Source: Dendrobates tinctorius (lineage: Eukaryota). Taken from it: a stretch of DNA of 64,000 nucleotides. This document shows positions 37,039 to 49,618 of the stretch, one piece after another. Within the stretch, counting starts at the first letter, position 1. Each line of letters starts with the position of its first letter. The stretch covers positions 4,464,001 through 4,528,000 of the forward strand of contig NW_027361959.1 of NCBI RefSeq assembly GCF_039654945.1. The letters are read 5' to 3'. The position numbers were made by a program, and so were the translations under genes. A model generated the notes under the pieces. That model saw only the letters and a program-made list of their open reading frames with translations, made no database searches and had not been told where the DNA came from.

Positions 37039-37968
37039 GTACATTATGTGCAACCAGCCCGGTAAAAGGAATAGAAAAGTTATTTAGAAAGTTTAAAAAA
37101 AAAAATTAATAGAGGATCAAATATTACAAAAAGATTTACTCACAAAGCAACAAAAATCAAACAATAGATGCGGTTTGCACTGCTAAAAGAAAAAACATTA
37201 GATATAACAAATTGTAATAAGATTAAAATAGTTTAAAAATGTGAACAAAACAAACAAAATATATGTACCTTGCTAAGGAAATCCAGAAAACCAGATGGTA
37301 GAAATGCCAAAGATGAATCGCAGTTGTGACTCCGACAGAATCCAAAACCAGCCTCACACGATACTATACTCAGCACGCACAAAGGACCAGAATGAGGTGT
37401 AATCCAAGCGCAATGGAACAATAGATGGGGACGCACTGTGACGTTTTAATTTATTGCTGGGGTGATGTAGTGGCCACCAATCGGTGCTGAGGGGCGTTAT
37501 TACAAATGAAACCTAGTCCCGCCTGCACCGCTGACATATGAGTCGCCAACGAGATCACTCGTCGTTCATAAAAGGGGTCAAACACAACGATTCAGGCACA
37601 CCAGCGGGACGCCAACGATCAAAATACGGTCCTGAACGTTCGTGCACGATCAGCGACATCGCAGCGGGGGCCACGTCGCCACAACATGTCACACGCAGCG
37701 ACATCGTCAGCGATGTCGCTGCTGCGTCAAAAAATCGAGGTCGCTTAAGCGATATCGCGAGCGATCTCGCTTAGTGTGACATACCCTTTAGCTTTTCTTA
37801 ACCTATCTTATTTCTTCACCATGTTTACATATGCCCTCACAGTGTTTACACCTTTAATCCTCACTCTCCTTCCCAGCACCCTCTAACCAAATAATCATCT
37901 CCCCTTCCCTCTTTCCTCCTCACCTGGGCTCCTCTGCTGAACTGCTCCTCAATCTCAAATCTGTCCAA

Positions 37969-40900
37969 ATGAAACACAAAACAAGCTGCCCACTCTCCTT
38001 CTCCCATCTGCTCTCCCTTTCTCTGCTTCTCCTCACTGCTGGCGACATATCTCCCAATCCTGGACCCCCACAGCTCATACCCCCCATTACTTCCCCTTCC
38101 TACCGCTCCCTATCTAATAAGAACTACCACAATCTTTCCAACTTAAAACCTGTGCCATTGACACCCAACCCCCTGCTCCCTCTCTCGGGAGCACTTTGGA
38201 ATGCCCGCTCCATCTGCAATAAGCTCCATGTGATTCATAACTTCTTTCTCTCTTGCAATCTTGCCTTCCGCTGCCTCACAGAAACATGGCTGACATCCTC
38301 TGACACCGCCTCCCCTGCTGCGCTGTGCTACGGCGGCCTCCACTTCACCAACACTCCTCGCCCTGGCAACAGACACGGTGGAGGAGTGGGTCTTCTCCTT
38401 TCTTCCAACTGCACCTTCAACCCAATCCCACCTCTTCCCTCAATTATCCTCCCCTCTTTTGAAGTCCACTCTGTCCGCATCTACTCTCCCTCCAACCTCC
38501 AAGTGGCCGTCATATACCGACCTCCAGGCCCGACCACTGCCTTCATTGACCAATTCTCTACCTGGCTTCTTCATTTTCTTTCAACTGACACCCCCACTAT
38601 CATCATGGGTGACTTCAACATCCCCACTGATACCCTTCAGTCAGCAGCCTCCAAACTCCTGTCTCTTACTTCATCCTTTGGACTTACTCAGTGGTCCTCC
38701 TCAGCCACCCACACAGACGGACACACATTAGACCTGGTCTTCACCCGTCTCTGCTCTCTTTCTAACTTCACCACCTCCCCTCTCCCTCTATCTGACCACC
38801 ATCTACTCACTTTCTCATCCCTGTCCTCCTCACCAGGCACCCAGGTCCAGCTACATGTGCACCCCCGCTAAAACCTTGCGCACCTAGACACCCACGCGCT
38901 CTCTGACTCTATTCTACCACTGGCATCCAAATCCTCACTCCATGACACAGACAGTGCCACTGCTTTCTACAATGCCACTCTCGCATCAGCTATTGACGCG
39001 GTTACCTCTCTTGTTCATGGCAGAATGCGACGTATCAACAGACAACCCTGGCACAACAACCCCACTAAAAAGCTCCGGCAAGTGTCCAGGATTGCAGAGC
39101 GGCGCTGGAAGAAAACAAATTCGCAAGATGACTTCACCACATTCAAACAGGCAACACTCGATTTCAAATCTGCCCTCACCTCTGCTAAACAGGCCTACTT
39201 CACAACCCTCGTATCTTCTCTATCTTACAACCACAAACAGTTATTCAAAACTTTTAACTCCCTCCTCCGCCCACCACTGCCTCCTCCAACCTCGCTCATC
39301 TCTGCCGAGGACTTTGCCACACACTTCAAAAACAAGATTGACCAAACGAGGCAAGTCTTCATCACTCAACCACCACAACCCCTTTGTATACCAAACCAAT
39401 GCCCAAACCCCATAACCTCACTCTCCAACATCACTGAAGGGGAGCTTAATCGTCTCTTCTCCAAATCGCACCTCACAACCTGTGCACTCGACCCCATCCC
39501 ATCCCACCTCCTCTCCAACCTCACCACCACACTTATCCCATCCCTAACCCACCTCTTCAACCTATCACTAATGTCCGGTACCTTCCCTTCTGCTTTCAAA
39601 CATGCAACAATCACGCCTATCCTTAAAAAGCCAACCCTCGACCCAACCGCTATGTCCAGCTATCGCCCAATATCGTTGCTCCCATTCGCTTCCAAACTCC
39701 TGGAACAGCACGTCCATGCTGAACTTTCCTCCCACCTATCGTCTCACTTGCTCTTTGACAATCTACAATCTGGTTTCCGCCCCCATCACTCCACTGAGAC
39801 AGCCCTGACCAAAATTACTAACGACCTACTTACAGCCAAATCAAATGGACAATACTCTATACTCCTGCTTCTAGACCTGTCCTCTGCATTCGACACAGTT
39901 GACCACTGCCTCCTACTACAGATCCTCTCCTCCTTCGGCATCAAAGGCCTTTCCCTATCCTGGATCTCCTCATACCTTTCCAATCGCACATTCAGCATCT
40001 CCCACTCCCACACCACCTCCTCATCCCATCCTCTCTCTGTTGGAGTCCCCCAAGGCTCTGTTTTAGAACCCCTACTTTTCTCAATCTATACACTTGGTCT
40101 GGGGCAACTCATAAAGTCCCACGGATTCCACTACCACCTTTATGCTGATGACACCCAGATCTACCTCTCTGGCCCAGACGTCACCTCTCTGCTGTCCAGA
40201 ATCCCAGAGTGTCTATCAGCCATATCCTCCTTCTCTCGCTTTCTCAAGCTCAATGTGGACAAATCTGAACTCATCATCTTTCCTCCATCTCTCAGATCTT
40301 CCTTACCCGACCTAGCTATAAAAATTAATGACATCACACTTTCCCCAGTACCGGAAGTCCGCTGCATCGGAGTAACCTTTGACTCTGCCCTGTCCTTCAA
40401 ACCGCACATCCAAGCACTTTCTACCTCCTGTCGCCTCCAGCTCAAAAATATTTCCAGAATCCGTCCTTTCCTCAACCCTCAGTCTACTAAAATGCTTGTG
40501 CATGCCCTCATCATCTCCCGCCTCGACTACTGCAACATCCTTTTCTGTGGTCTCTCTGCTAACACCCTCGCACCTCTCCAGTCCATCCTTAACTCTGCCG
40601 CCCGACTAATTCATCTCTCTCCTCGCTACTCTTCCGCTTCTCCCCTCTGCAAATCTCTTCACTGGCTCCCATTCCCTCAGCATATCCAGTTCAAATTACT
40701 AATACTGACCTTCAAGGCCATCTATAACCTGTCTCCCCCATATGTCTCTGAACTAATCTCCAGATACCTTCCCTCACGTAATCTCCGGTCCTCCCAAGAC
40801 CTCCTTCTCTCCTCTACACTTATTCGCTCCTCATCCAACCGCCTCCAAGACTTCTCCCGAATAGCCCCTATTCTCTGGAATTCTTTGCCCCAACAAGTCC

Positions 40901-40977
40901 GACTATCAACCACATTTGGATCCTTCAGACGGAACCTGAAAACCCACCTCTTCAAGAAAGCCTACAGCCTGCAATGA
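37969..40977 (+). pseudogene. L2 ORF2 (2A-like peptide, APE endonuclease, RT), one in-frame stop at 38869-38871
   Basis: LLLTAGDISPNPGP; WNARS, LTETWL, IYRPP, GDFN, TLDL, SDH; [27 protein letters not shown]. ORFs 37969..38871 and 39025..40977 are in the same frame. Confidence 0.93.
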
Positions 40978-42089
40978 CCCCGCTACCTCCTTCTCTCTCA
41001 CCACTACGGGTGATATCACCTCAACCAACACCGGAACTGCTGCAACTCACCAACCTACTGTCTCCTTCCCCACCATCCTGTAGCATGTAAGCCCGAAACG
41101 GCAGGGTCCTCTCTCCCCTCTGTATCAGTCTGTCATTGTTAGTTTGTTTACTGTAAGTGATATCTGTAATTTGTATGTAACCCCTTCTCATGTACAGCAC
41201 CATGGAATCAATGGTGCTATATAAATAAATAATAATAATAATATAGTATAGTGTAAACATTCTGCATTTCCGTATACATTTCAGGAGGCAGACACAAACG
41301 CTCTCAGGCCCAGTATGGATTACACAAGAATATGAAAAGCTGTAAATGGGTAATGTAACACAAGCGTACAACTGTATACAGTGTTGGGGTAATATTAAAG
41401 CTCCTAATATATTGCCGGAGTAACAGACAGACGTTCTCAGGCTCATTATGGATTACACCAGAATCTAAATAGCTAAAAAGGTTACTGTATCAGAAGCGTA
41501 CAGCTGTATACAGTGTTGGCCAAATTTGAAATATCGGTATATATTTCCAGAGTCACCCTCAGACGCTCACTCAGTCTGGGTTTGACCACAATAAAAAATG
41601 TTGTAAAAAAGGTACTGGATAACAAGATAGCAAGTATATATATATTATAGGGTACAATTGAAATCTCCGTTTACATAGTCCCGTAGTCACTCTCAGATGC
41701 TTACTCAGTATGGATTTGACCGTAATACTAAATGTCGAACAAAGGTACTGTATAAAAAGATACAAGCTGTATCGAGTATAGGGTAAAAACTGGTATCTTC
41801 GATTCACCATATATATAGAAGGCGTAAACCACACTCGCTCACTCACTATGGATGATACCGTAATACAAAATTTTGAACAAAGGTACTGTATCAGCACATA
41901 CCAGGTGTATCCAGTCTAGGGGTAATTGTAAATTTCCGTATATACTTCCGTAGTCAGACACAGACACTCACAGGCTCAATATGTATTACACCAGAATTTA
42001 AAAAGTAGAAAAAGGAAAAGGTAGTCGAAGCGTACAACAGTATACAGTGTTGTGGTACTTTTTAAATCTTTGTATATATTTCAATCTCA

Positions 42090-42695
42090 GTAAGCCAGTC
42101 CAGACTCTCCACTACTGGAAACTACATGGATACAAGTACAGACGGAAAGTCGAGTGTTAGCAGAAATTTGGGAATTACTCACCGCGGGAAAACCTCCCGG
42201 TAGATGTAGCAGAGACGATGCAGACCCTCAATTACTGTGTCTGTGAAGACAGCGAAAACGGTTCTTTGTGAAGAAAGGATTGCTTTATCGCAGTAGCGTG
42301 GATCACATCACCGTTACTCGTCTCCATCAAATTGTGATCACAGGGAGAGATGTAGACATGATCCTCACTGCCTATCATGATGTGTCTGGTAATTTTGGAG
42401 TGCAAAAGACAGAAGCCACAGGCTGTAGGCAATTCTATTGGATTGGCAGGAGAGGAGACATTGAAAAATGGTGGCAGGAATGTCACAAGTCTGTGACTAT
42501 CACAACTGTGAAAGGTGATCATAAAGCACCACTGCATCCGCTTGTAAGTTGACGACCATTACAAATGGTAGCCATTGATCATCTGAAGGTAGAGGCCAGC
42601 AGGACAGGCCATAGCTACATCTTAACCATCATCGATCAATACACAAAATTTCTAGTGGCCGTCCCTGAGAAGGATTTATCTGCCCAGACTACACA
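42090..42695 (+). pseudogene. Gypsy pol fragment (integrase zinc-binding region and start of core), no LTRs, inside the hAT
   Basis: LTAYHDVSGNFGVQKT...FYWIGRRGDIEKWWQEC...APLHPLVS*RPLQMVAIDHLKVE...YILTIIDQYTKFLVAVP. Confidence 0.8.
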
Positions 42696-43109
42696 GCGGT
42701 GGAGCAGGGAGAGGTAAGTATTCCAACTTGCAAGTGCTGTGGCCATGACCAAGCAGGGGGGGGCACACTCGTGGTTGACGGTACTGGCACAGGGCCCCTC
42801 ATAGTACGCTGGTGTGTCTGACGGCGAGTGGGCCCCCCCACCGACAGAGACACTGTATTGTACTATGAGGGGCCCTGTGCCAGTGCCGTCGGCCATCAGT
42901 GGGCCCATCCACCTGTTCAGAGCAACGGCACTTGCCCGGGTGCGCCAGGTGTTGACCCCAGCCATTGGGGGGTGGGTGGGCAGCCCATTTAGGGAGGTTT
43001 AAAAAATGGCATATGTTGATGTGTTGGCTGGATATTCAGCTGCTGCAAAGGACGGAATTGGGCAAGTCCGAGGAAGAGGAGGACAAAAGCGAGGCAATTT
43101 TCTGGCAAC

Positions 43110-46100
43110 CTATGTGTCATCAGGGGAAGGTGGGACAACATTCTCTGAAACCCATGCATGGTTCATTTTAATGAAGGTTAGATCAACAACATTTTGGGTC
43201 GACAGACATGTCCTTTTTTTCTGTCAGGATTGATCCAGCAGCACTGAAGACTCTTTCAGATAACACACTAGTAGCAGGGCAAGCGAGCTCCTGTAAGGCA
43301 TATTGTGCCAATTCAGGCCAGGTGTCCAGTTTAGAGGCCCAATAGTCAAAGGGGAATGACCTGTGAGGGAGAACATCGATATGGGAGGAGAAGTAGTTTG
43401 TAACCATAGTTGACAACTGCTGTCTCCTGTCACTTTTAATCGATGCAGTATTAGCAGTCGTGTGAGCGGTACTTGAGAAATCATTCCACAACATGGTCAT
43501 TAAACCCCTGTCTCCATCGCCACTTCGGCTGTGTGCACCACAAACACCTCTTCCATTGTGCCCATTACGGCTCGTGGGAGAACCAACACCGCTGCTGTGT
43601 GCTGGAAAAGCCTCAAACAAACGGTTTACCAGAGTTGCTTGTTTGTTAGCCAATATTATCTCTAGGTTCTCCTGTGGCATGATGTTGTGTAATTTGCCTT
43701 TGCAGCATGGATCGAGGATGCTGGCCAGCAAGCAGTCGTCATCCCACATCATTTTGGCAATGCGGGGGTCCCTTTTTAGGATCCGCAAGGCATAATCGCA
43801 CATGTGGGCCAATATTCCAGGTGTAAATGCTGCACTGCCACTGCTGGGCAGAGGAGCACTTTCTGGCAAATCCACATCCCTACAGTCACGCACAAACACT
43901 GTACCTGACCTTGGAACACCAACATTTTCTCTAGCCCCCTGAGAAGCATCCTCCTGCCCAAAATAATCATCCCCCTCATCCTCCTCTTCTTCCTCCACCT
44001 CGTCAAGGACAGTTCCTTGACCAGACAATGGCTGACTGTCATCAAGGCTTCCCTCCTCCTCCTCCTCCGCTGCAGATGCCTGATCCTTAATGTGCGTCAA
44101 ACTTTGCATGAGCAGACGCATAAGTGGGATGTCATGCTTATGATGGCGTCTGCGCTTACCAGCCGTGTGCATTCCTCAATACACTGAAGGACTTTACAGA
44201 GGTCTTTCAGCTTTGACCACTGCACGCATGACAATTCCATGTCTTCCCTCAAACTGCCTGCCCGTGTATCCTCCCACATATGCATTACAGCCTGCCTCTG
44301 TTCGGACAGCCTGTCAACCATGTGCAGGGTGGAGTTCCACCTTGTTGCAACGTCTATGATTAGGCGGTGCTTGGGGAGGTGGAGCAATCGCTGCAGCTTC
44401 TGCACTCGAGTGGAGTGGACGTTTGAGCGATGGATGTGCAAGCACAGTCTTCGCACCTTATGTAGCAGGGATATTATCTCCGGATAATTATTAAGGAAGC
44501 ACTGCACCACCAGGTTCAAAGTGTGAGCCAGGCAAGGTATGTGTGTGAGTTTTGCACGGGCTATGGCTGCCACAAAATTACGGCCGTTATCACTGACTAC
44601 CTTGCCTGCCTCAAGATGTAGACTGCCCAGCCATGACTCAGTTTGTCGCTGCAAGTAGTCGGCCAGTACCTCCGCGGTGTGTCTGTTGTTGCCCAAAGAC
44701 ATCATCTTTAGCACAGCCTACTGACACTTACCAGTAGCTGTTCGATAGTGGGACACCTTGTGTGCAAAACTGCCAGCTGCAGATGGAGTGCTTGTGCGAC
44801 TGCGGTCTGTGGACGAGTTTTCGCTGATAGAGGAAGAGCGAAAGCCTACAGCCAACTGTTTCCTATACCGTGGGCTAGGCAGCACTGTTCCACCGCCGCT
44901 GTCCCCAGTGGAGCCTGCATCCACCACATTAACCCAGTGCGCAGTGATGGACACGTAACAGCCCTGGCCATGCCTACTGGTCCATGCATCTGTTGTGAGG
45001 TGCACCTTTCCACTCACTGACTGTTTTAGTGCATGGACAATGCGGTCTTTCACAAGCCGGTGGAGGGCAGGGAAAAGAAGTGCCGACTGGGTAGGTCATA
45101 GCGTGGGACAGCGTAGGCCATGAGCTCGCGGAAAGCTTCGCTTTCAACCAAACGGTAGTGCATCATCTCTAATGAGATTAGTTTGGCAATGTTGGCGTTC
45201 AAACACAGTGTACGCGGATGAGAGGATGAGTACTTTCTTGTCCTACTCAGAGTGTCTGGTAGGGTGAGCTGGACTGGAGAGCTGCATATAGGGGAAGTAG
45301 CGGTGGATGGTATTGGTGGTGATGGCCTAGATTCAGTGTTGTGTTGCAAAACCATTGTGATTCCCTGAGTGCTTTGGCCTTGCGACGACACCTCCACATT
45401 TAGTGCTGGTGGTGTGCTTAACGGTGGCGGTGGTCTTACAGTGGGGGAAGCGGAGCGTTGCTGGCTACCTTCAGTCGGAGCAGGTGCACATATGCTACCT
45501 GAGGTTTTGTAGTCCGTCGACACTTGCAATTGCATGTTGATTAAATGTCTAAGCATGCAACTGGTATTCAAATTTCTGAGTTGTTTACCTCGGCTAAAGG
45601 TCCTTCCGCACTTCTTACAGGTAACCTTTGCCTCATCAGTAGGATTTTGGACAAAGAAGTGCCACACTGCACTCTTCCTACTATGGTATACATTTTCTGG
45701 CCTTGCACGCTGTGATGAGTTGACCGTCTGGCCAAGCTGTCCTGCAACTTTTATTTTTTGGTCCACGTTTTTGGACAGCTACGGGCCTGCCAGATAACCG
45801 CTGCTGTGATGTCAATGCCTGCTGTGGATCCTTCTCCTTATCTGAACTATTGCCAGTGCCACTCTCCTCCCCCAATGGATGCCAATCCGGGTCAAGAACT
45901 GGGTCATCCATCACCTCTTCTTCAAAGTCATCTGCACCTTCCTCTTTACCTTCCTCTGTGTCACCGTGTAAGGTGGTATAGTATGCGGGAAGGGGCACCT
46001 GAGTTTCATCAGGGTCAGATTCTGGGTCAATAGACTGCGAGGGCAATGTAGTGCTCTGGGTCAATGTACCAGCAGAATCATCTAGCAGTGGCTGTGCATC

Positions 46101-46577
46101 AGTGCACTCCATGTCAGATTCATCTTGGACTGGGGAATTCGGGATTTGACTGGATAACCCAGGCATGGTATGTGAAAAGAGCTCCATAGAGTAATCTGAA
46201 GTGTGGGCTGCCGCATCCTTAACTTTTGGTGGGGGTGAAGGACACAAGGAAAGGTGTTTTTCCTGACCAGAACCCTGCACTGACGACTCCGTGCTTGCAG
46301 GTTTCGAACGTTCAGAAGAGGAGGCAATAGAGCTGGTGGCTGTTTCGGCAATGTACGCCAAAACCTGTTCCTGATACTCCAGCTTTAAAAGCGGTTTTCC
46401 TACTCCAAGAAAAGGGAGCCTTACAGGCCTTCTTTGGCCAGACAATGATGCAGGCTCAACACCTCCTGCCTTAACTGATATTGTGCTTTTGCCAGAACCA
46501 GCCGATGCACCACCACCATCAGTACCAGCTGCGCCCCCCTGCCCACGTACGTGGCCTCTTCCACCATACTTCCTCAT
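43110..46577 (-). pseudogene. hAT transposase (BED zinc finger, DDE core, dimerisation domain), multiple frameshifts and stops
   Basis: SAVWHFF..CKKC..MLRHL (BED); LTTDAWTS; VSDNGRN; CLAHTLNL; TRWNST; ASILDP; YWASK..WPELA...SERVFSAAG. Confidence 0.95.
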
Positions 46578-48239
46578 GTTTGGGAAAATGTACCAAAAAT
46601 ACCAGCAGAGAGATGGTACTGTATGAGGAGCGTCCACCTGTGTAATGTGTATTAAAAAAATTAAATCAATGTATATATTTTGTTAGTCACAGATGCTCTC
46701 ACAGTATGTATTTGACCGTAATTGTTAGGAGTGGCGGAAGACACTAAATAAAAAATAAATATAGGGCCTTCGCCACCCGGGGTCCACCGTGCGGTGGATG
46801 GAAAAACCGCTGCTAGAGAGGCAGAGCACAAGGCGGTAATGTGCACAAGGGTTAGTGCACAAAAGCAAGCTCTGTTATACTCACAGAGCTGCAGGCTAAT
46901 AAACTTAAATTAGCCGCTGAGTCTGTTCAGAGTCAGACACACAGCGATATAGTCGCGGTATTTGCGGTCACAGGAGTAGCCTTAAACAGCAGGACTACTC
47001 CGTCTAGACCTACCGTCAACCAAGGTGCGAAGCGTCGCAACCGTGGACGCAAAGTAAAGCTGCAACTGCAGCGTGGCAACCACTGAGCCGCTGGCAAGGC
47101 GCTGCAATAACGCTGGCACAATGCAGAAGCTAAGCTGCTGAGCAAGATGGAGCATATGCGCGCTGGCGCTAGCGCTGCTACTGGCAGGAACCCAAACACT
47201 CACACAAACGTATTATCAGAGGGAAGGGGTTTCTTAATAAGTCAGTCACCAGTCCAAGCATCCATAACCATACATACAGCAGCAAGTATGAAATACTAGC
47301 GCATGGCGGAACAGCCATGCGTGCTTTTTATACCAAACGGGACCTTCCGGAAATCTCCAAGACTCCAGGAGGAGCCAATAGGATTAGACACAGGACCTGA
47401 GCATGTGACTCCCGAACTCCAAAGGGAGCTCGTCCCATGAGCATGCTCAGTGGAGGGAACAGAGGACTTAGCCTCTGGAGAGAGTTGCTGCAAGGCACTC
47501 TCCTCTGCAATCTCCTCTACTGCAGATGAAACGCAGGAGACTGCAGCATGTAAGGGTCTAGATCTCACCATAAGGAAGGGAGAAATCAGACTCCTAACAT
47601 TACCCCCCCTCCTAGGGCCCCCTCCTCCCTGAGCCTTCCGAACCATCAACCTGGGCTCAAACTCACCCAAAGGTGAGCTTGATGTCCTGGTAGTTGTTAC
47701 AGCAAACCGGGACACCTGGAAGGCATCAGTGGAAGCAAGGTCATCAGGTTTCAAAAGAGACACCTGGGAGATGGCAGGAGCTGGCGAAGCAACTGAACGC
47801 CGCCGTGAATCAGCGACTGTCACCACTCTCCGCTTAGGAAGGTTAACCTGGGCACATGAAGTGCAAGCCTGGATAAATTTTTTAATATCCCGAGCTCTAT
47901 GAGGCCACCAATACGCTCCGGCCAAGAGCTTCGAGATTTACATATAACCTCGATGTTGAGGTGCATGGGAGGCATGCGCCCATGCAAGAACTTGAGCCCT
48001 AAGATGAGGAGGGACAAAAGTCTCAGTGACCGGTTCAGAGTCTGACCATTGCGGGGAGTTGGCTTCCGGAGAAACCGCACATACATGGGGACAACCGCAA
48101 ATAGATTCCTGATCAGAGTCTGTGTTGAGATCGGTACGAGACACCTCCATGGGCTCAGGAGGTATAACCTCTGGTTCAAACAGCTCAGGAGGTACAAAAA
48201 ATTTAGGAGCTGAGAGAGCTCTTCGCTTGGAGTGAGCCC

Positions 48240-48816
48240 TGTCATGATCCAGGACGGGGTTTCGCTTTGGCCCATCCTGATCAGACTGGGGGTTAATTGT
48301 TCCACCTCTCTCTGGCAGAGGGCGGCTATTTAATGCTCACTGGACCAAGGTCCGGTGTCAGTTATACTCCTGCCCTCGGCTGAGTTAGTTGACCTTGTGC
48401 GTACGTGTGCCTTGTGCCTGATATCTTGCTTGCTTGTTTGGTTTTGATCCGGTTCAGTCCCTGTTACGAGTTCTGCCTGGCCCTCTTGTACTGCGCTACC
48501 TCTCGTGTATGACTCTCTGCTTGTGACCCGACTTCTCTCTGCTTGTCCCCTTGGTACCACATCGCCCTCTTGTGTATGACCTTTGGCTTTGTCTGACTAC
48601 CCATCTGTTTGTCCCTCCTGTGCCTCGTTTGCCCGTACTGTTGTGACCTCCGTTTTGCCTGACTCTTGTTGTATGGTGTCCTGTCATATCTGAAAGCAGG
48701 ACGCTAAGCCCCACCCCCTTGCAGTCACCTGACCATAGGTCCTGTACCAGCTTGCTAATTTCAGTGTCCACAGGTCCTGTGCCTCTTTACTTTCCGGCGC
48801 TGACTGGACCCTGACA
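48240..48816 (+). mobile_element. Probable solo LTR of another Gypsy family, in opposite orientation
   Basis: TGTCA...TGACA ends, TATTTAA box and pyrimidine-rich TGACC/TGACT repeats. No TSD found. Confidence 0.5.
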
Positions 48817-49102
48817 CTAATAGTTTGAAGCATGCATTGTCACCTCTGCTGCCCTGCTCCACAGGTATCTTTTAGCACTGTTTCTGTACTCAGGACACGC
48901 GCACTGGCTCTGTGAGTGAGTGTAGTGCGGTGTCTCTGACAGCCCGCTCCATACCGCGCCCCAAAAAACGGAGGTCGATACGTGAGGAGACAGAGATTAG
49001 CTCCTCCAAACTGGTGGGGATCTCTCTAGTGGAGAGAGCATCCTTCACGTGCTCTGCTAGACCTCCCCAAAAAATGGGGATAAGCGCTCTGTCGGACCAT
49101 TC

Positions 49103-49618
49103 CTACTCGGACGCCAGTGTCCGAAAACGGACGGCATACTGGATAACCGAGAGTGACCCATGAGTAAGAGCGAGCAGCTGCAGAGACGTATCGTGCGTGA
49201 CCCGAGGACCGAGAAATACTTGCTTGATGGCTGTTAGCAAGTTGGCCGCAGTCCGGATCTCGAGGTCACCACGTTCCCATAGAGGCGTAGCCCATTCCAG
49301 AGCCTTGCCCGACAGTAGGGAGATAACGAAGGCCACCTTAGCCCGCTCTGTAGGGAATTGTGCAGCCAGCAGCTCCAGGTGTATAGAGCATTGGCTGATG
49401 AAACCCCTGCAAGAGGCGCCATCCCCAGAGAATTTTTCGGGCAACGGGAAGCGGGTAACTGTCGGCACAAGGGAGGACATGGACATATGCCCTACGGCAT
49501 CTGTGAGTGCCTGAACAGCAGCATCTGTGGCCTGCGCAGCTGCGAGAGACCTCTCAAGGGTGGCCAAGCGAGCCTCGATCTGTCGCACACACTGCACCAG
49601 TTGCTGCTGTTCTGCCAT
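49103..49618 (-). pseudogene. Sushi-type gag (RTL/PEG10-like capsid), prematurely stopped
   Basis: PLPEKFSGD...CRGFISQC...FPTERAKVAFVISLLSGKALEWATPLWE; homology continues past the stop. Confidence 0.88.

Larger units (their letters stand above)
30597..37787. mobile_element. PIF/Harbinger transposon with three genes
   Basis: TTA|AGGTACTGTCACA ... TGTGACATACCCT|TTA; CGAT-rich subterminal repeats; transposase, MADF gene and extra Myb/SANT gene inside. Confidence 0.9.
29761..41242 (+). mobile_element. Apparently full-length L2 LINE inserted in the hAT; 5' UTR split by a Harbinger
   Basis: The hAT repeat unit resumes across the junction (…CAAGGTATATAT | AGTATAGTGTAAAC…). APE+RT ORF; 3' stem-loop AGCACCAT-GGAATCA-ATGGTGCT and (AAT)n tail. 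Confidence 0.85.

Noticed and set aside
43110-46577. Host ZBED gene
   Set aside because: Multiple frameshifts, and it lies within TIRs and an 8-bp TSD.
49103-49618. PEG10/RTL host gene
   Set aside because: Sits between LTRs with a TSD and is prematurely stopped.
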